DNA of 64,000 nt from Octopus vulgaris. Taxonomy: Eukaryota. The number at the start of each line of letters is the position of its first letter. Within the stretch, counting starts at the first letter, position 1. Positions 51,713 to 64,000 of the stretch are shown one piece after another. Made by a program: the position numbers and the translations under genes. The notes below the pieces were generated by a model. That model made no database searches, was not told the DNA's origin, and saw only the letters and a list, made by a program, of their open reading frames with translations. Location: positions 68,696,001 through 68,760,000 of the forward strand of contig OX597823.1 in assembly GCA_951406725.2 (NCBI GenBank), written 5' to 3'.

Positions 51713-52557
51713 TACGAGGTGCATTAAAAAAGTATTCATATTTTGGGCATAAAGAAAAAAAACAATTTTGTACAAATTTTATTTAATCACCTTCAAAATA
51801 TTCCCTTTAGGAGTCTACACAATTTCCCCAGCAGTTCTGTTACTTCTGGTAACACCTCTGGAATGCCTTCTATGGAATATTATGGAACTCCACTGTCACT
51901 TTTGTCATAATTTCCTCTTGTAACTCAAATCACTTCCCTTTCAGTATGGTTTTCAGTCTGGGGAAGAACCAGAAGTCACACAGTGCCTAATTGGGAGAGT
52001 GGGGAACCTGTTGAAAAAGTGGTGTGTTGTTCTTGACCAGGAAAGTTTGATTACGGGGTGTATTAAAAAAGTATCCAACTTCATTTTTTGCCAACACACT
52101 CTGCATGTACAAACCTGCCATTGAAATGGAATGCACTGATCCTGTATTTATTCCCATTTTTCTGGGTGGAGGGTCTGCCTGAGTGTACCCCACTCTCCAC
52201 TGAGGTGCAGCCATATTGAAGTGTTTGTACCACTGATTGCTCTGAGTTTTGCCCATAGTATCATCGCCAAAATCCTGCTGAGTCTTCTGGATGGTTTGAG
52301 CTTGAGTATCACCAAGTGTTTGATAAAACTTGAAGCAATATCTCTGCTCAATGCATTTGGTCTTCTTGCATGAAAACGAAAATCCAACAAGTGTACACTA
52401 CATGTCTGTACTCAAGGTGTAACAACTAGGAACTGAGGCAGCCTATCAGCATTAAAATTTTTGTGAATGTGCAGGAAGAATGGCATCACCTCCCACCTGC
52501 GTGCTATTAGTTTTGCTGGAAAAGATAAAGTTGGATACTTTTTGAATGCACCTTGTA
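51713..52557 (-). mobile_element. Internally deleted Tc1/mariner (mariner) DNA transposon
   Basis: TA-bounded TIRs tacgaggtgcattaaaaaagtat / atactttttgaatgcaccttgta. Minus strand N-terminus IEQRYCFKF..LGDTQ..TIQK..FGDD.M..TQ..WYK.F..GRPST; C-terminus PHSP...CDFWFFPRLK...EYFEGD*. Confidence 0.9.
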
Positions 52558-55424
52558 TTATCACAACTGTTTGAAATACATTGTTATTGAAGCTTGGGTT
52601 GCAATATACGGTTCATGTTATACAATAACATAGAACTAAATTTGATGTAAACTACTCAGAATTATTGATGTTGGGGTACATCTGAGCTGTTTAATTTTAT
52701 GAAAGTAATTATTGTAAGAGTAGGAAAAAAAAAATATTTCACTGCTAAAATTTTTTTTATGCACGATACCTATGTTCTAATATTTCAAGTGTTTTTATTT
52801 CTCAAGTCACCTTATTTTGCATGCTGCTTACAAAAGATTTGATATTTAATTCAACAAAACTCAATCCTGAACTCTTTTATTGTTAATTTTAAATTTATTC
52901 ATCTTTAGCTGGTATTCTTTATGGATTAGAAATCCAATTTACTTTTCTTTCTGTACCTATCAAAAATAATAAAAAACTGGTTGCTTTTCAATATTTTCAA
53001 CTTGTTAACTTAGTGTGAATAAATTAGTTTATCAGAACTACATTTTCAGCTATTTAAGTTGAGTACTTTTATACATAGATTGCATATGGACTATCGTGAA
53101 TATCGTGAACCAACAAAAAGTCTCTAGAAATAGCAGCTTAATGTATCTAAAATAACACTATCCTACCTTCAAGAACACACTGAATAATGCAATGTAAATA
53201 TTTACACTTATAACATGGTTACAGCTGGAATGTCTTGTCTGTCTTTGCTATCAGAGATAATTTAGTACTAAATAACGGGAGTAGATATTAACTTTTAGAT
53301 ACTTGACCTGATACATGACCTTTTTCGTAATTTACTTACAAGCAAATTATTCAGAAAGATATCTTTACTAATAGGCTACTAGTTTTTCCTTATATGTGTT
53401 GGATTTAATTTAAGGAAACTATATATATGTTAGATAAATATATTTCCAGAGACATAATACAATTAAAAATGATAATGTAATTAGTTGGATTAGAATTGCA
53501 AATAACAGATATCTAGCTGCAAAAAAATTACCAAAATTTGAGGTGTAGATTATGTAAATGACACTGAGATAAACAGAGAAACTTTTATTTAGGCAAGTCA
53601 TTGTGAAGAATGATTTTATTTATTTGATTCATCAATTAATTATCTTATTAAATTCTTTCTATGGTTTATGTCAAGACCTTATGTTCCAATGATGCACATA
53701 TAAGAAATGAAGTGTTTAGCCCTCTGAGATTATCGCTCAGAATTTTACTCTTTTTATCTTATACTCTATTTGATCAAAGCTGACTGAAAATAAAGAATAT
53801 GAACAATAACAACTAAAAAGTTTGAGCTTATTGACTATATATCTTTTGAAGCAATGAAGCAAAGTTTGTATCTTCAGATTCAATTCGTATATTTTATACA
53901 AACACAAATAAAAAGAACATTGCAACTTATGTTACAAAACCACTATATTTCAGACAACAATACAAAATCTACATTAAAGATAAAATTAATAATATTGATA
54001 ACATTGGCACAAGACCACATTTTGTCAGGCAGAGTTAGGGTGAATTTATAAACCCAAGTATTTCACTGAGACTTTCTTTTAACAACTCCAGAATTATGGA
54101 AGGTAAAACTGATCTTCATATGATTTGAACTAAGAATGTAAATAGCTATATCTAAGTACCATTTGGCATTTAGTTTGCTGCTTAATCTAACAGATATCCA
54201 TTTTTGTATATAATACTATTAATCATAGAGAGCATCCTGACAAATGAAGGTATTCCAAAACCTTGCCTTACTACATCTGTGGCATGAAATATGATGAATC
54301 ATGGTAAACAACTTGTAGTTGGGGAGGTTACTGTCTAATATGTTTATATGGAAATTTCCACAAAATATCCTTAAGTTCTCACAAAAGTAAAGTTTTATTT
54401 ACACTTCTATAGTACTCTCTGTCAAACCCCAATAAACCAGCCATATTATATTTATTTTTAAACTTTCAAGACTTGTAGTTGTACTCTAGGCAATTAGGTA
54501 ATTAATTTTCTGGAACAATAAGCTTTCCTCACTTCATTTCCCATATTTTTTCTGAGATTAATCTTTGATTTAAAAAATGCACACATTGATATGCATAGCA
54601 TTCAAAAGGCCACACTACTATTGTCTCATACATTTAAAGATAAATTTATCTCTAATCACAAGCATATGGATGTACCAGTGCCTACACTAGCAAAAAAACC
54701 CCCTGCATTTTAAAAAAAAACTCGCAAGAGAGTGCAGAAGGCATGTGTGACGAGGTTGTCCTGGCTACGTGAGCAAATGCATATGGGTGCATGGCAGCAA
54801 CAACAGTGTGTAGGTGCAGGCGAGGAAGGAACCAAACGGTCGATGACAAGAGGATGAACGAACGGAACGGTGGCCTATATTACATTCACAGACATCATAG
54901 TCCTTCTTTACATACATTCAAAGGCAAGATAGTCCATTCTTTACTACATCGTAGAGAAAACGTACCTACACATACATACATTTAAAAACCAAACATAGCC
55001 ACTATCTGCACATGTTACATTTAAATACAAACAGTGTTGTGATACATTGATCAAAACACATCAACCAGTTTAATACTATCACCTGATATTTAGGTGCCCT
55101 ACCCAAGTCAACTCTAATGCAAGCAGCAAGTATTTGGGACAAGATTCTGGTAAGATATAATTCCTCCCTTCCACCCATCAGTTTCATTAAGGCCTAAAAA
55201 AGTCAATGGGTGTTGTCCTGCCTCTTCTGACTAAGCCTTAAAGAACTAAAATATATATAAATTAAAATGATGTAGTGCATCATCTTAACCAGATATATGA
55301 ATGTGGAGTCCACAGTGTATTCCAGTTTTATTTCTGCATTACTTTTTTCGGTGTTCACAGATGATAGGTACATATATATATATATATATATATATAAGTA
55401 ATTTGGTTTGTGAAGAATTTACAG

Positions 55425-55703
55425 ACTCATTAGGTTGGAACTTATCTTGATTTCTATGGTGTATTAAGTGACTAACAGAGTACAATAAAACTCGCTCAAC
55501 CTCCACACATGAATGCGATGTCTGTCTGACAGAGTTAACCCCACCAGCTACTGCAAATATTAGTTTTTAGCTGAATGGAACTAAAGCAATATGAAGTGAT
55601 GGATGCTTTGTTGAAGAACACAAAGCAGTCTATATCTGAGAATTGAAATCATGGTCTTACAGTCAAGATTTCAACACCCTGGCCACTAGGACATGCACCT
55701 TCA
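55425..55703 (-). mobile_element. Old SINE (type C-related)
   Basis: Minus-strand tRNA-like head gcatgtcctagtggcc...; gaagaacacaaagcag resembles the central domain at 61717-61940. Confidence 0.55.
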
Positions 55704-55939
55704 CTGATAGGTATATACTAAGATTAATATTATTTCAAATATTTGATGCAGACTGGAACAAAGATATTAGACATAATTGGGTTCCAATGAAGATGCAAAG
55801 TAAAAGATATGAGTGTTTCATATTTACACGCACACACACACACTCACATACATACACACACACACACAACCACACACACTCACTTATAACCATGTTTGGC
55901 CAATAATGCAAGACTCCTTTAGTTGACCCTCAATACTAT

Positions 55940-56169
55940 TCCCGGCCAATAGATGAGGGGTCTTGTCTTGCAAGTCACTTGGTGATCTCACTGCTGCTGT
56001 CGACATGTAAAAGGCACCCAATACACTCTGTAAAGTGGTTGGTCTTAGGAAAGGCATCCAGCCATAGAAATCATATCAAAGAAGACAGTAGAGCTTGGTC
56101 TAGTTTTCTATCTTGACAGTTTTCTAGCTTGTCAGTCTAACCCATGCCAGCATGAAAAACAGACGTTAA

Positions 56170-56213
<44 letters not shown>

Positions 56214-56270
56214 GATTGTGATGGTGATGATGATGATGAAGATGGTGATGGTGATGATGATGATGATGAT
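55940..56270 (+). mobile_element. RTE 3' UTR fragment with long (GAT)n tail
   Basis: aaaggcacccaatacactctgtaaagtggtt...ggcatccagccatagaaa...cccatgccagcatg...gacgttaaa(tga)n. Confidence 0.85.
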
Positions 56271-56449
56271 ATGCTCACACACATACATTTAGAATTTTTA
56301 TATTCATATAAGCATAGGCATGATTGAGTGGGGTACGTGTATGTGCACACGTGTTTTTAGTTCAAATTGAAATCCAGATTTATTTATGCTGTTCCACTTT
56401 TTTTATAAATCCTATTTTATAACTTAGAAATTGACAAATACAGTGGAAT

Positions 56450-57450
56450 GAAATAATTACAAGTTTAAAGTAAGAACAAAAACTGAAATGGTCAACTGAA
56501 ATCTTCAATATTGTACCACAGTATGACTGCAAAGTGATCTGGAAAGGGCTTTGTAACAGCCTCATGCTTTCCTGCTTCAGTGTTTCAGATGTTGACAAAG
56601 ACCAGTATGTTTCAGAGTGAATGAAATTCCAGCTGTTAGAACTCCAATGATGGGAGCACCAAAAATCCAAATTGATTATATTCCAGTCAGTTCCTGGTTG
56701 ACATTATCCACCTAAGCATTTGAGTCTATTGGAGGGGAGAGAATAGTAAGCAATTCAATTTGGATCGTGCTTTGATTCAGAGGAGAAGAATAACTAATAA
56801 CAAAGCTCAGCCAAAATGTTATGACCTGTAATTTCTGATGGATGATATAATATGAGAAACTTTTTTCTGTTGAATTACACAGTCACTTTGTACATCTCAT
56901 CACCCATCTCATCATTGATATCAATACTGAATGGATAGTGAAGAAAAAGTCATCCAAATCACAGTAAAAGAAGACCTTGGTTTCAGTAATTGAAAATAGG
57001 ACTGAATACCACAACATGCTGCTAAAATACATTCAGGTGTTAAAGTCACCTCAACAATCACTAATCTTGAATATGTTAGCTGCATTTTATTCTGTGATGA
57101 ACTGCTATTAATGCTACATAGGTGGATACATAGGCATTATAAATCAGCCTACAGATTAACGTCAGAAAGACAAAAGCTTTGTTCTTCTGTGTTCTTGACA
57201 ACAAAAAAGTAACTACCTTGAATAATGGACTCACTGAAGAAGTGAATAGTTTTTTATACCATAGTTTCTCCATTCTGTCAACCACTAAGTGTCATAACAA
57301 AAATCTCATCACATTACTTGTAGCTTGACCAGCTTTCATTCAGTTCTATAGTTGCCAATGCGACCAGTGTGATATTTATCTACAAATCAATATATATCAA
57401 TTGCTTGTATACTCATTCCTGCACTCTGGTTGGTCAGTGTCATAGAAACT
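56450..57450 (-). mobile_element. Very degenerate RTE/BovB-like APE endonuclease relic
   Basis: Weak colinear minus-strand motifs resembling GVGF, SAYAPT (YNAYVST), GDFNARV and DH.LIRSKL. Confidence 0.4.
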
Positions 57451-59333
57451 TGCTAAACAGAATTTTTTGATTGCTGTTGCTTCAGATGCTTGCTCCAAAT
57501 TTCACAGTTAAAACTGAATGCTATGCTTCATTCTGGGTGCAATATCTAACCTATTGCTAAAGACATCTGGTCATATTGTTTGAGACAGTTTGACTGCATC
57601 TGTTATTGATCAACTGTCGTTAATCTCAAATAATGCCAGTAATGGCTAAATCAAGACCTGAATTTTATCAACTTCTACTTCAACTGAACCTAATATCTCT
57701 GGCAACGGAAGAGAGAATAACTCTGTTTTGCATCGAGTTGACAGCTGCTGGAAAACAGTGCAGAGTAATTATCCAAGGTGAAATTTCAGATGGGGCAAGG
57801 TTTTAACTAAAATATTTACTGTTAAAAAACTATTTATCAACCTACCTTATTTTTTGTCATTATGTTCTGTGTATTATGACTTATTATAATTTTCCTAACA
57901 TCAACATTATAGAGCAACAATTAATTGGATTAATTATTGACGCTATTTCTTTCCACTTTAGATTGTTTACTTATAAAGAGAGATAATATAAAACTTAATT
58001 AAAAGGTATTCTTAAATGTGTTTTAAAGCCCTCATCATATTAAGCATAAGCTTTTAAATAAAAAAATATATATGCATACCTGCGAATACTTCCTGTACAC
58101 TTGAGGAACATGCTAATAATTAACATAAAGTGTAGCCTCTCTTGAATTCATGACTGCTGTACCATGTCATATTTCAAAGTTTATGCATTTGTAATCCAAG
58201 AGCAGGAGACAGCTATGAACTACTTAATCAATAAAAGAGAGTGTAAAGCCCTTAAAGCTCCAAGAGGCAATCCAAAATGTTGATTTGATTAAGTTATATT
58301 TCTGTGGAAGATATTATATGTGATTTGCAGTTGCCCAAAAATCTCATCAAAATACAACGTCCCATTGCAGCAGGTTGTTGCAAAACCAATAAGCAATGCC
58401 ATCCATAGGAAAGACTGCCCTAAGATAAATATAAAGAGTAACGCTGCTATTGAATATATGCATATATATTAACACAAGGATTATTATTAATAGAACATTC
58501 CTATCAAAATTTCTGCGAACATTACAAATCAGAAATAATCGTTGAAACAGAAAAGAAAGATCTCATGTAATCAGATATTTCAGGTACCTTCCAGATGTGA
58601 ACATCTCTTCCAAAATTAGTTAAAAGGAAAAATTTATGAAGAAATCATTTAAAAACTATAACTTTCCTACTAAGATTATAGATTCACATTTATACCAATA
58701 ATTATTGCTGCACTAGGCTACATTAGTAAACATAATAATCTTGAAAAGCTAAGGTTGTTCGGTAAAAGATGGAGCACTTCACAAATTCTATTTGTAAGCA
58801 AAACGGTAAAGATATGCAAAACTTTTCACCTAATAACACTTATTGTTTTGGGTATCCAAAATCCAGCTTGGCATTTTATTTCATTGTTATCAAGTTGTGG
58901 CATTGTCCTAAATCATTTATAATATTCATTGATCTGTTTGCTGAGCCACTAGATTATAAGACATAAACACTGAGCACCATTTTACAAAAACTCTCTACAT
59001 GAACATAGACAGGGAAATAGACACATGCAAACACACATGCACACACACACACACACACGAACATCCACATATGCACACACACACACACACACACATGCAC
59101 ACACACACACATTCGTAAATAGTAAAGGATTACCCAAAAGCGATTACTGGTTTGCTCTCAGTTAGCTATTCAAAATAGCTTATTCAACAGTTAACAAATA
59201 AATTCAAAAAAGTTCTTATAAGATAAGAAATTAGAGGTATATTCTGTTGGATAATTCTGAATACAATACATTTCCTTAACCATATAGGTTTCCTGGAGTA
59301 TATAATATAAACAATATTAATAATATTGTTGAC

Positions 59334-59369
<36 letters not shown>

Positions 59370-59390
59370 GTGACTGTGTCTGTGTGTGTT

Positions 59391-59437
<47 letters not shown>

Positions 59438-59483
59438 ATACATACATGCATATATCTATTAGTTAGATATAGATATATATATC

Positions 59484-59524
<41 letters not shown>

Positions 59525-60039
59525 TAGAGAGAGAAGACAGGCATCCATACAGCTTTCAACAACCATTTTCACTCACAGAACATTAGGCAGCCTGAGACTA
59601 TAGCAGAGAAACTCATGTGAGATGCCCCCCAATAGGACCAAACCTGAAACCACATGGTTTTGAAACAAAATTATTAACTGCATGTTCATGTTATCATCCA
59701 CATTTGTGTATGTGTGTGTGTGTGTGTGTGTGCATATAACTTATGGAAGAACAAGAACAGTAAACAGTAACAATAAAATTCCCCATTTACTTTACATTAG
59801 TTGTAACATCAACATTTGACTAGCTTATCACTTTTAGTACACTAAAGCTAATGTACAGAAAAATATAAGCAATCAACACACATCATTTGACATATACCTC
59901 GAGGTCTAATGTTATGATAATCTGTATTGCAAAATTTTTTTATGTAAAATCCAGAATTCAAAGCAAAGAGTGATGCTCTGTGTCAGCAACAATTGTCCAT
60001 AGAAGAATTCTTAGAGAGGTTTGATAAGTTTACTTGATG

Positions 60040-60340
60040 TGAGGAGGGGGAGATTTCATGTTTTGGTATTCTGCCCTTTGTCTGAGAATGTAAGTGAGAA
60101 AGAGAGAAGTTTTGCCACTTAAGCTGCAAGTAAATGATAAAAAAGTTGAAGTGGTGGTGGGAGAGGTGACATGTAGAAAGAGGTGCAACAACAGAAAGAC
60201 AAGTGGTGTGTGAAGGTCAGATGCCTGAGATACAAGGTGAATGAAGAAGGAGGAGGCTCAGAACAATGTGAGATAAATTGAGCCAATGCCTTCAGCAAAC
60301 TGAAGAAGAAAGATAGCATTCAAGTAAAGAAAGTTGGAGG
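60040..60340 (-). mobile_element. Old PLE 3' relic with decayed hammerhead motif near 60055-60087
   Basis: Minus strand pyrimidine-rich; CAGACAA-A-GGGCA-GAA-TAC-CAAAA-CATG resembles CTGACGA-A-GGGCA..TGCC-CGAAA-CGT after CpG decay and substitutions. Confidence 0.35.
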
Positions 60341-60684
60341 ATGGTAAGTAAAGGAAGTGAGGAACAAGAAAGTAACTCACTTAGAAATGCTATAAAGGCA
60401 TCTACAGAATATTCTATTGACTGTAGAAAAATACAAATGCATCTATAGAGTAATCTTAATTAATTTGGTCATTTAAGACAAAAGACTTGTCAAATAAAAA
60501 TTCCAAACTTCATAGTACCAATATCAATGTTCTCTATAATGAAATAAATCCACATTTCAAGCAACATTTTATGTCAAGAAGATTGATGCTATATTGGCTA
60601 CTAATGCTATAGTTAGATGGGTGTTAAGTATGAGAGAGTAAAATACGTTACTTGGGGTTTACCTTCTACTGTATATCTTTTTCA

Positions 60685-61105
60685 TTCATCTTGTTTCAGT
60701 TATCTGAGCACGGCCATGCTGGGGCACCACCTCGAAGGGTGTTTAGTTGAACAAATGGACAACAGGGCTTATGTTTTGAAGACTGGTACTTATTATATTC
60801 GTCTCTCTTGCTGAACCACTATGTTACAGGGACATAAACACACCAACACAAGTTGTCAAACAGAAATGGGGGACAAACACAGACACAAACACATACACAC
60901 ACACACTCTCTCTCTCTCTCTCTTTCACACACACACACATACACACATGACAGGCTTCTTTCAGTTTCCACCTACCAATTCCACTCACAAGGCTTTGGTC
61001 AGCCTAAGGTTATGGTAGAAGAGAATTGCCCAAGGTGCCACACAGTGGGACTGAACCCAGAAGCATGTGGTTGGGAAGGAAGCTCCTTACCAAACAGCCA
61101 TGCTG
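60685..61105 (-). mobile_element. SINE type A
   Basis: ggccatgctggggcaccacc...ggcttctttcagtttcc...cccaaggtgccacacagtgggactgaaccc...cagccatgc. Confidence 0.85.
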
Positions 61106-61716
61106 CTATTTCTGAAACTAAGCTAAGTCTATGGACTGGTTTTGATCTCAGTAGATGTTGTTTTGCTTTATTCATAACAAAACCATCACACCATGCCAGT
61201 GCTCAAGAAGAGAGTACTCAAAGTGTATTGCATGTTTCAAGCTGAAGATTTCAATACTATACATACTCACTTTCTCACTTTTACTTCAACTTAATACTTT
61301 TGGCTGCATATTAATCATGAGCAACTTCTTGATGCTCAATGCATTAAATATGCTAACACCATCTAGCCTATTATGTTTATGCTGCAAGTGGATGACATTT
61401 GTTAGTTCAAGAAAATAGAATGGTTATTTCTAAATTTCATTTCTCTGGGCCAACAAATGCAGTGTTGTATATTTATTTAGAGATATGCTCCCCCATATAT
61501 CATTGAATATAGCGAGACTTGCATTCACTGAAATATGTGTGGCTGAAATATGTATAACCTTGTCGCCATTGCTTACTGTAAAAATAAATATGATATTAAT
61601 CATTGATTGGCATTGTTTATTCTAAACCACATATATATTTATAGTTAATATATCTAATGCACTGAGGCATTAAAAAAGTTATCACTAACTTTGTATAAAT
61701 ATAAAAACGGATAAAG

Positions 61717-61938
61717 ATCCTTCCCAAGTCATATAAGCTCATAGTTCTGGTTTCCTGGTTTCCATGTTGTATATACATTTTCTCTTGGATGGGATACCAT
61801 CACAGGATTACTTGGTTTTGCCAGCTGAGTGGACTGGAGCAACATGAAGTGAAGTGTTTTGCTCAAGAACATAATGCATTGCCCAGTCCAGGAATCAAAA
61901 CCACAATCTTATGATCATGAGTCCAACATCCTAACCAC

Positions 61939-61940
<2 letters not shown>
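61717..61940 (-). mobile_element. SINE type C-related
   Basis: gctgagtggactggagcaacatgaagtgaagtgttttgctcaagaaca...ggaatcaaaaccacaatcttatgatc...ctaaccac. Confidence 0.8.
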
Positions 61941-61980
<40 letters not shown>

Positions 61981-62011
61981 CCCAAAATGGTACATCTGGT
62001 GAGAGATAAAT

Positions 62012-62053
<42 letters not shown>

Positions 62054-62144
62054 GGCTTTTAAGCTAGTATATATATTAAAAATTTGTGAAACATAGAGGT
62101 TTACACCAAGTAAACCCAACAGTGAGACCTCCCATTTAAGATAC

Positions 62145-63800
62145 CTTGGCAGACAAAGCAATTAAGATATGAAGGTAAAAATGGCAACTGATTCATCTGG
62201 GATAGTGAACAAAAGGTTGAAAATATCTTGCCAAGTAGATCAAAAACTGGTCATGCCTGAAGGTGTTATATGCAATGAGTGGCATAACAGTATCAAACTG
62301 CTATAAGACATAGAGAGATGTTACAAAAAAGAAACTAGAGATATTAGGTTGATGAACCAGTTTATGAAAATCACTCGAAGAATTATTGTGCAACTTATTA
62401 AGAACAAAATTTAACTTAAATGAACAGTAGTTTGAATTTGTTTGGTAAGCGGTGCTACATATACGTTGTTTCTAGTAAGACAGTTGCAGAAGTACTTAGC
62501 AAAGATGAAGTTGCTGCTTCTAGCATTCATTCACTGATCTGAAGATGCCTTTGTCAGGGTTTCAGGTTATGTATGTTGGTACTAGCTAAGAAGTCCAAGT
62601 GTAGAGAAACAGAATGAAATGGTCATATAAATCATATAGAGAGGTGTAGTTAATAAGGAGGTAAGAATAAGTAGTGAATATAGCAATGAATTTATTGTGC
62701 AAGTCAGGGCCCACTTGGATTTAATCCACAGTCCATTCTGTATATCATAGTCCTCCAGGTCTGAACAAGGAGTTTAAGAATGGGTACTCATGAAAACTCT
62801 TCTATCCTAAAGACCTAGTTTTTATACCCAAATATGCAGTAGATTCAATGAAGAAATTCCAGACTTGGAAGCAAAACTTAGAATCAAGATGTCTGGAAGC
62901 TAATATAGCAAAAATTAACATTTTAATTTTAGTCAGTAGAAAAAGAAAGCAAGTTCTTATTGACAACAGAGAAATGGCCATGCTCAATGTGCAGAAATGG
63001 AACAAGAAGATACTCTGCTCAGTGCAATGGTGTTAGCTACTGACACACAAGAGGTTCAGTGGGAGTATAAGCAAACTGATGGAGAAGGTAGACTTCATAT
63101 ATGACAATTCACAAGTACAATAAACACTTGGTGCATATGTGAAGTACCTGAAATTCTCCCAAATGCCAGGTGGTTCCTTATAGCTTATGTTGCCTAATTA
63201 ACGATAGAAGTGCATAGAAAATTGAGGTGGATAAAATTTAGGAAGCTATTACCTGCATTGGTAATAAAGGGCTTCTCTCTTTTAATGAAAGAAAGGTTTT
63301 ATGATGTCTGTATATGCACTGCTATCATCATCATCATCGTCGTCGTCGTCATCATCATCATCGTCGTCATCGTCGTCATCGTCGTCATTGTCGTCATTGT
63401 CATCATCATCGTCATCATCATCATCATTTAACATCTGCCTTCCTTGCTGGCATGGGTGAGATGGTTTGCCAGGAGCCCGCCAGGCAGAAGCCTGCACCAA
63501 ACTTCTTTCAGAGAGTATGATCTACTGGATGTGTAATATTAATATGTATAGATGACTGAGCACAAATGAACAGAGAGAAAGATTGATATAAGAAGAATCA
63601 GGTGCAGTCTAAAGGAGAAAAGTTTGCAGTGGTACTGGCATATTATGCATGTGAAGATGGCAGGGTCCTATTAATGGAATCTGAAGAAAAGGGAAACCTA
63701 GAAAGACATGGGGCAAAGTAGTGAAGACAATGTCAGGATGCTTGGCCTCACAAAAGAAAAAAAATGCAATGAATCATGATGATTGTTGAGATGCAATACT
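62145..63800 (+). mobile_element. Degenerate RTE LINE RT/C-terminal region interrupted by a later insertion
   Basis: KKFQTWKQNLESRCLEANIAK and WIKFRKLLPALVIKGFSLLMKERFYDVCICTA are homologous to the pieces at 27008-27490; the element resumes after ~63520. Confidence 0.75.
63323..63500 (-). mobile_element. Antisense RTE 3' tail with (CAT/CGT)n tract inserted in the older RTE
   Basis: (cat/cgt)n followed by tttaacatctgccttccttgctggcatggg. Confidence 0.75.
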
Positions 63801-64000
63801 GGAGAAGACCCACTGCCCATGCAGTCACAGTCATGGTGAACTATTATGTGATGCCTCCTGTATCTTTGATATCCTCCTCTCTACCACACATCTTTCTATC
63901 ATTTACTGTCTTCCTATACATCTGCTCTCTTGTATTCATTATGTCATGCTATGGCACTTCTGTAACTAACAATGGCATGGGATCTGTAAGACTCTATAAT

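Noticed and set aside
1-64000. tRNA genes, rRNA, CRISPR arrays or prokaryotic operons
   Set aside because: A/B-box sequences are SINE heads without a cloverleaf; no repeat-spacer arrays or gene-dense coding; the DNA is eukaryotic.

Overview
AT-rich eukaryotic non-coding DNA (intergenic or a very large intron). The repeat content, recognised from memory rather than by database search, points to an octopus/cephalopod genome: three recurring tRNA-derived SINE types, RTE-clade LINEs with (GAT)n tails, and dense (TA/CA/CATA)n microsatellites. I found no credible host protein-coding gene; nearly all listed ORFs are microsatellite or transposon read-throughs. Recognisable content includes RTE, CR1/L2-group and R4-like LINE relics, about 20 SINE copies (several with target-site duplications), two mariner derivatives, a piggyBac-type MITE and several Penelope-like element (PLE) relics. 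The most notable signal is a recurring short inverted-repeat unit carrying minimal hammerhead-ribozyme motifs (about 6.5, 16.7 and 24.1 kb). Further hammerhead motifs lie at 16.2 kb (end of a PLE RT/GIY-YIG relic), 42.3 kb and, weakly, 60.1 kb. A near-identical ~1.15 kb duplication at 25.9-28.4 kb is interleaved with RTE and upstream sequence and looks like an assembly or polishing chimera. Coordinates of degenerate elements are approximate.
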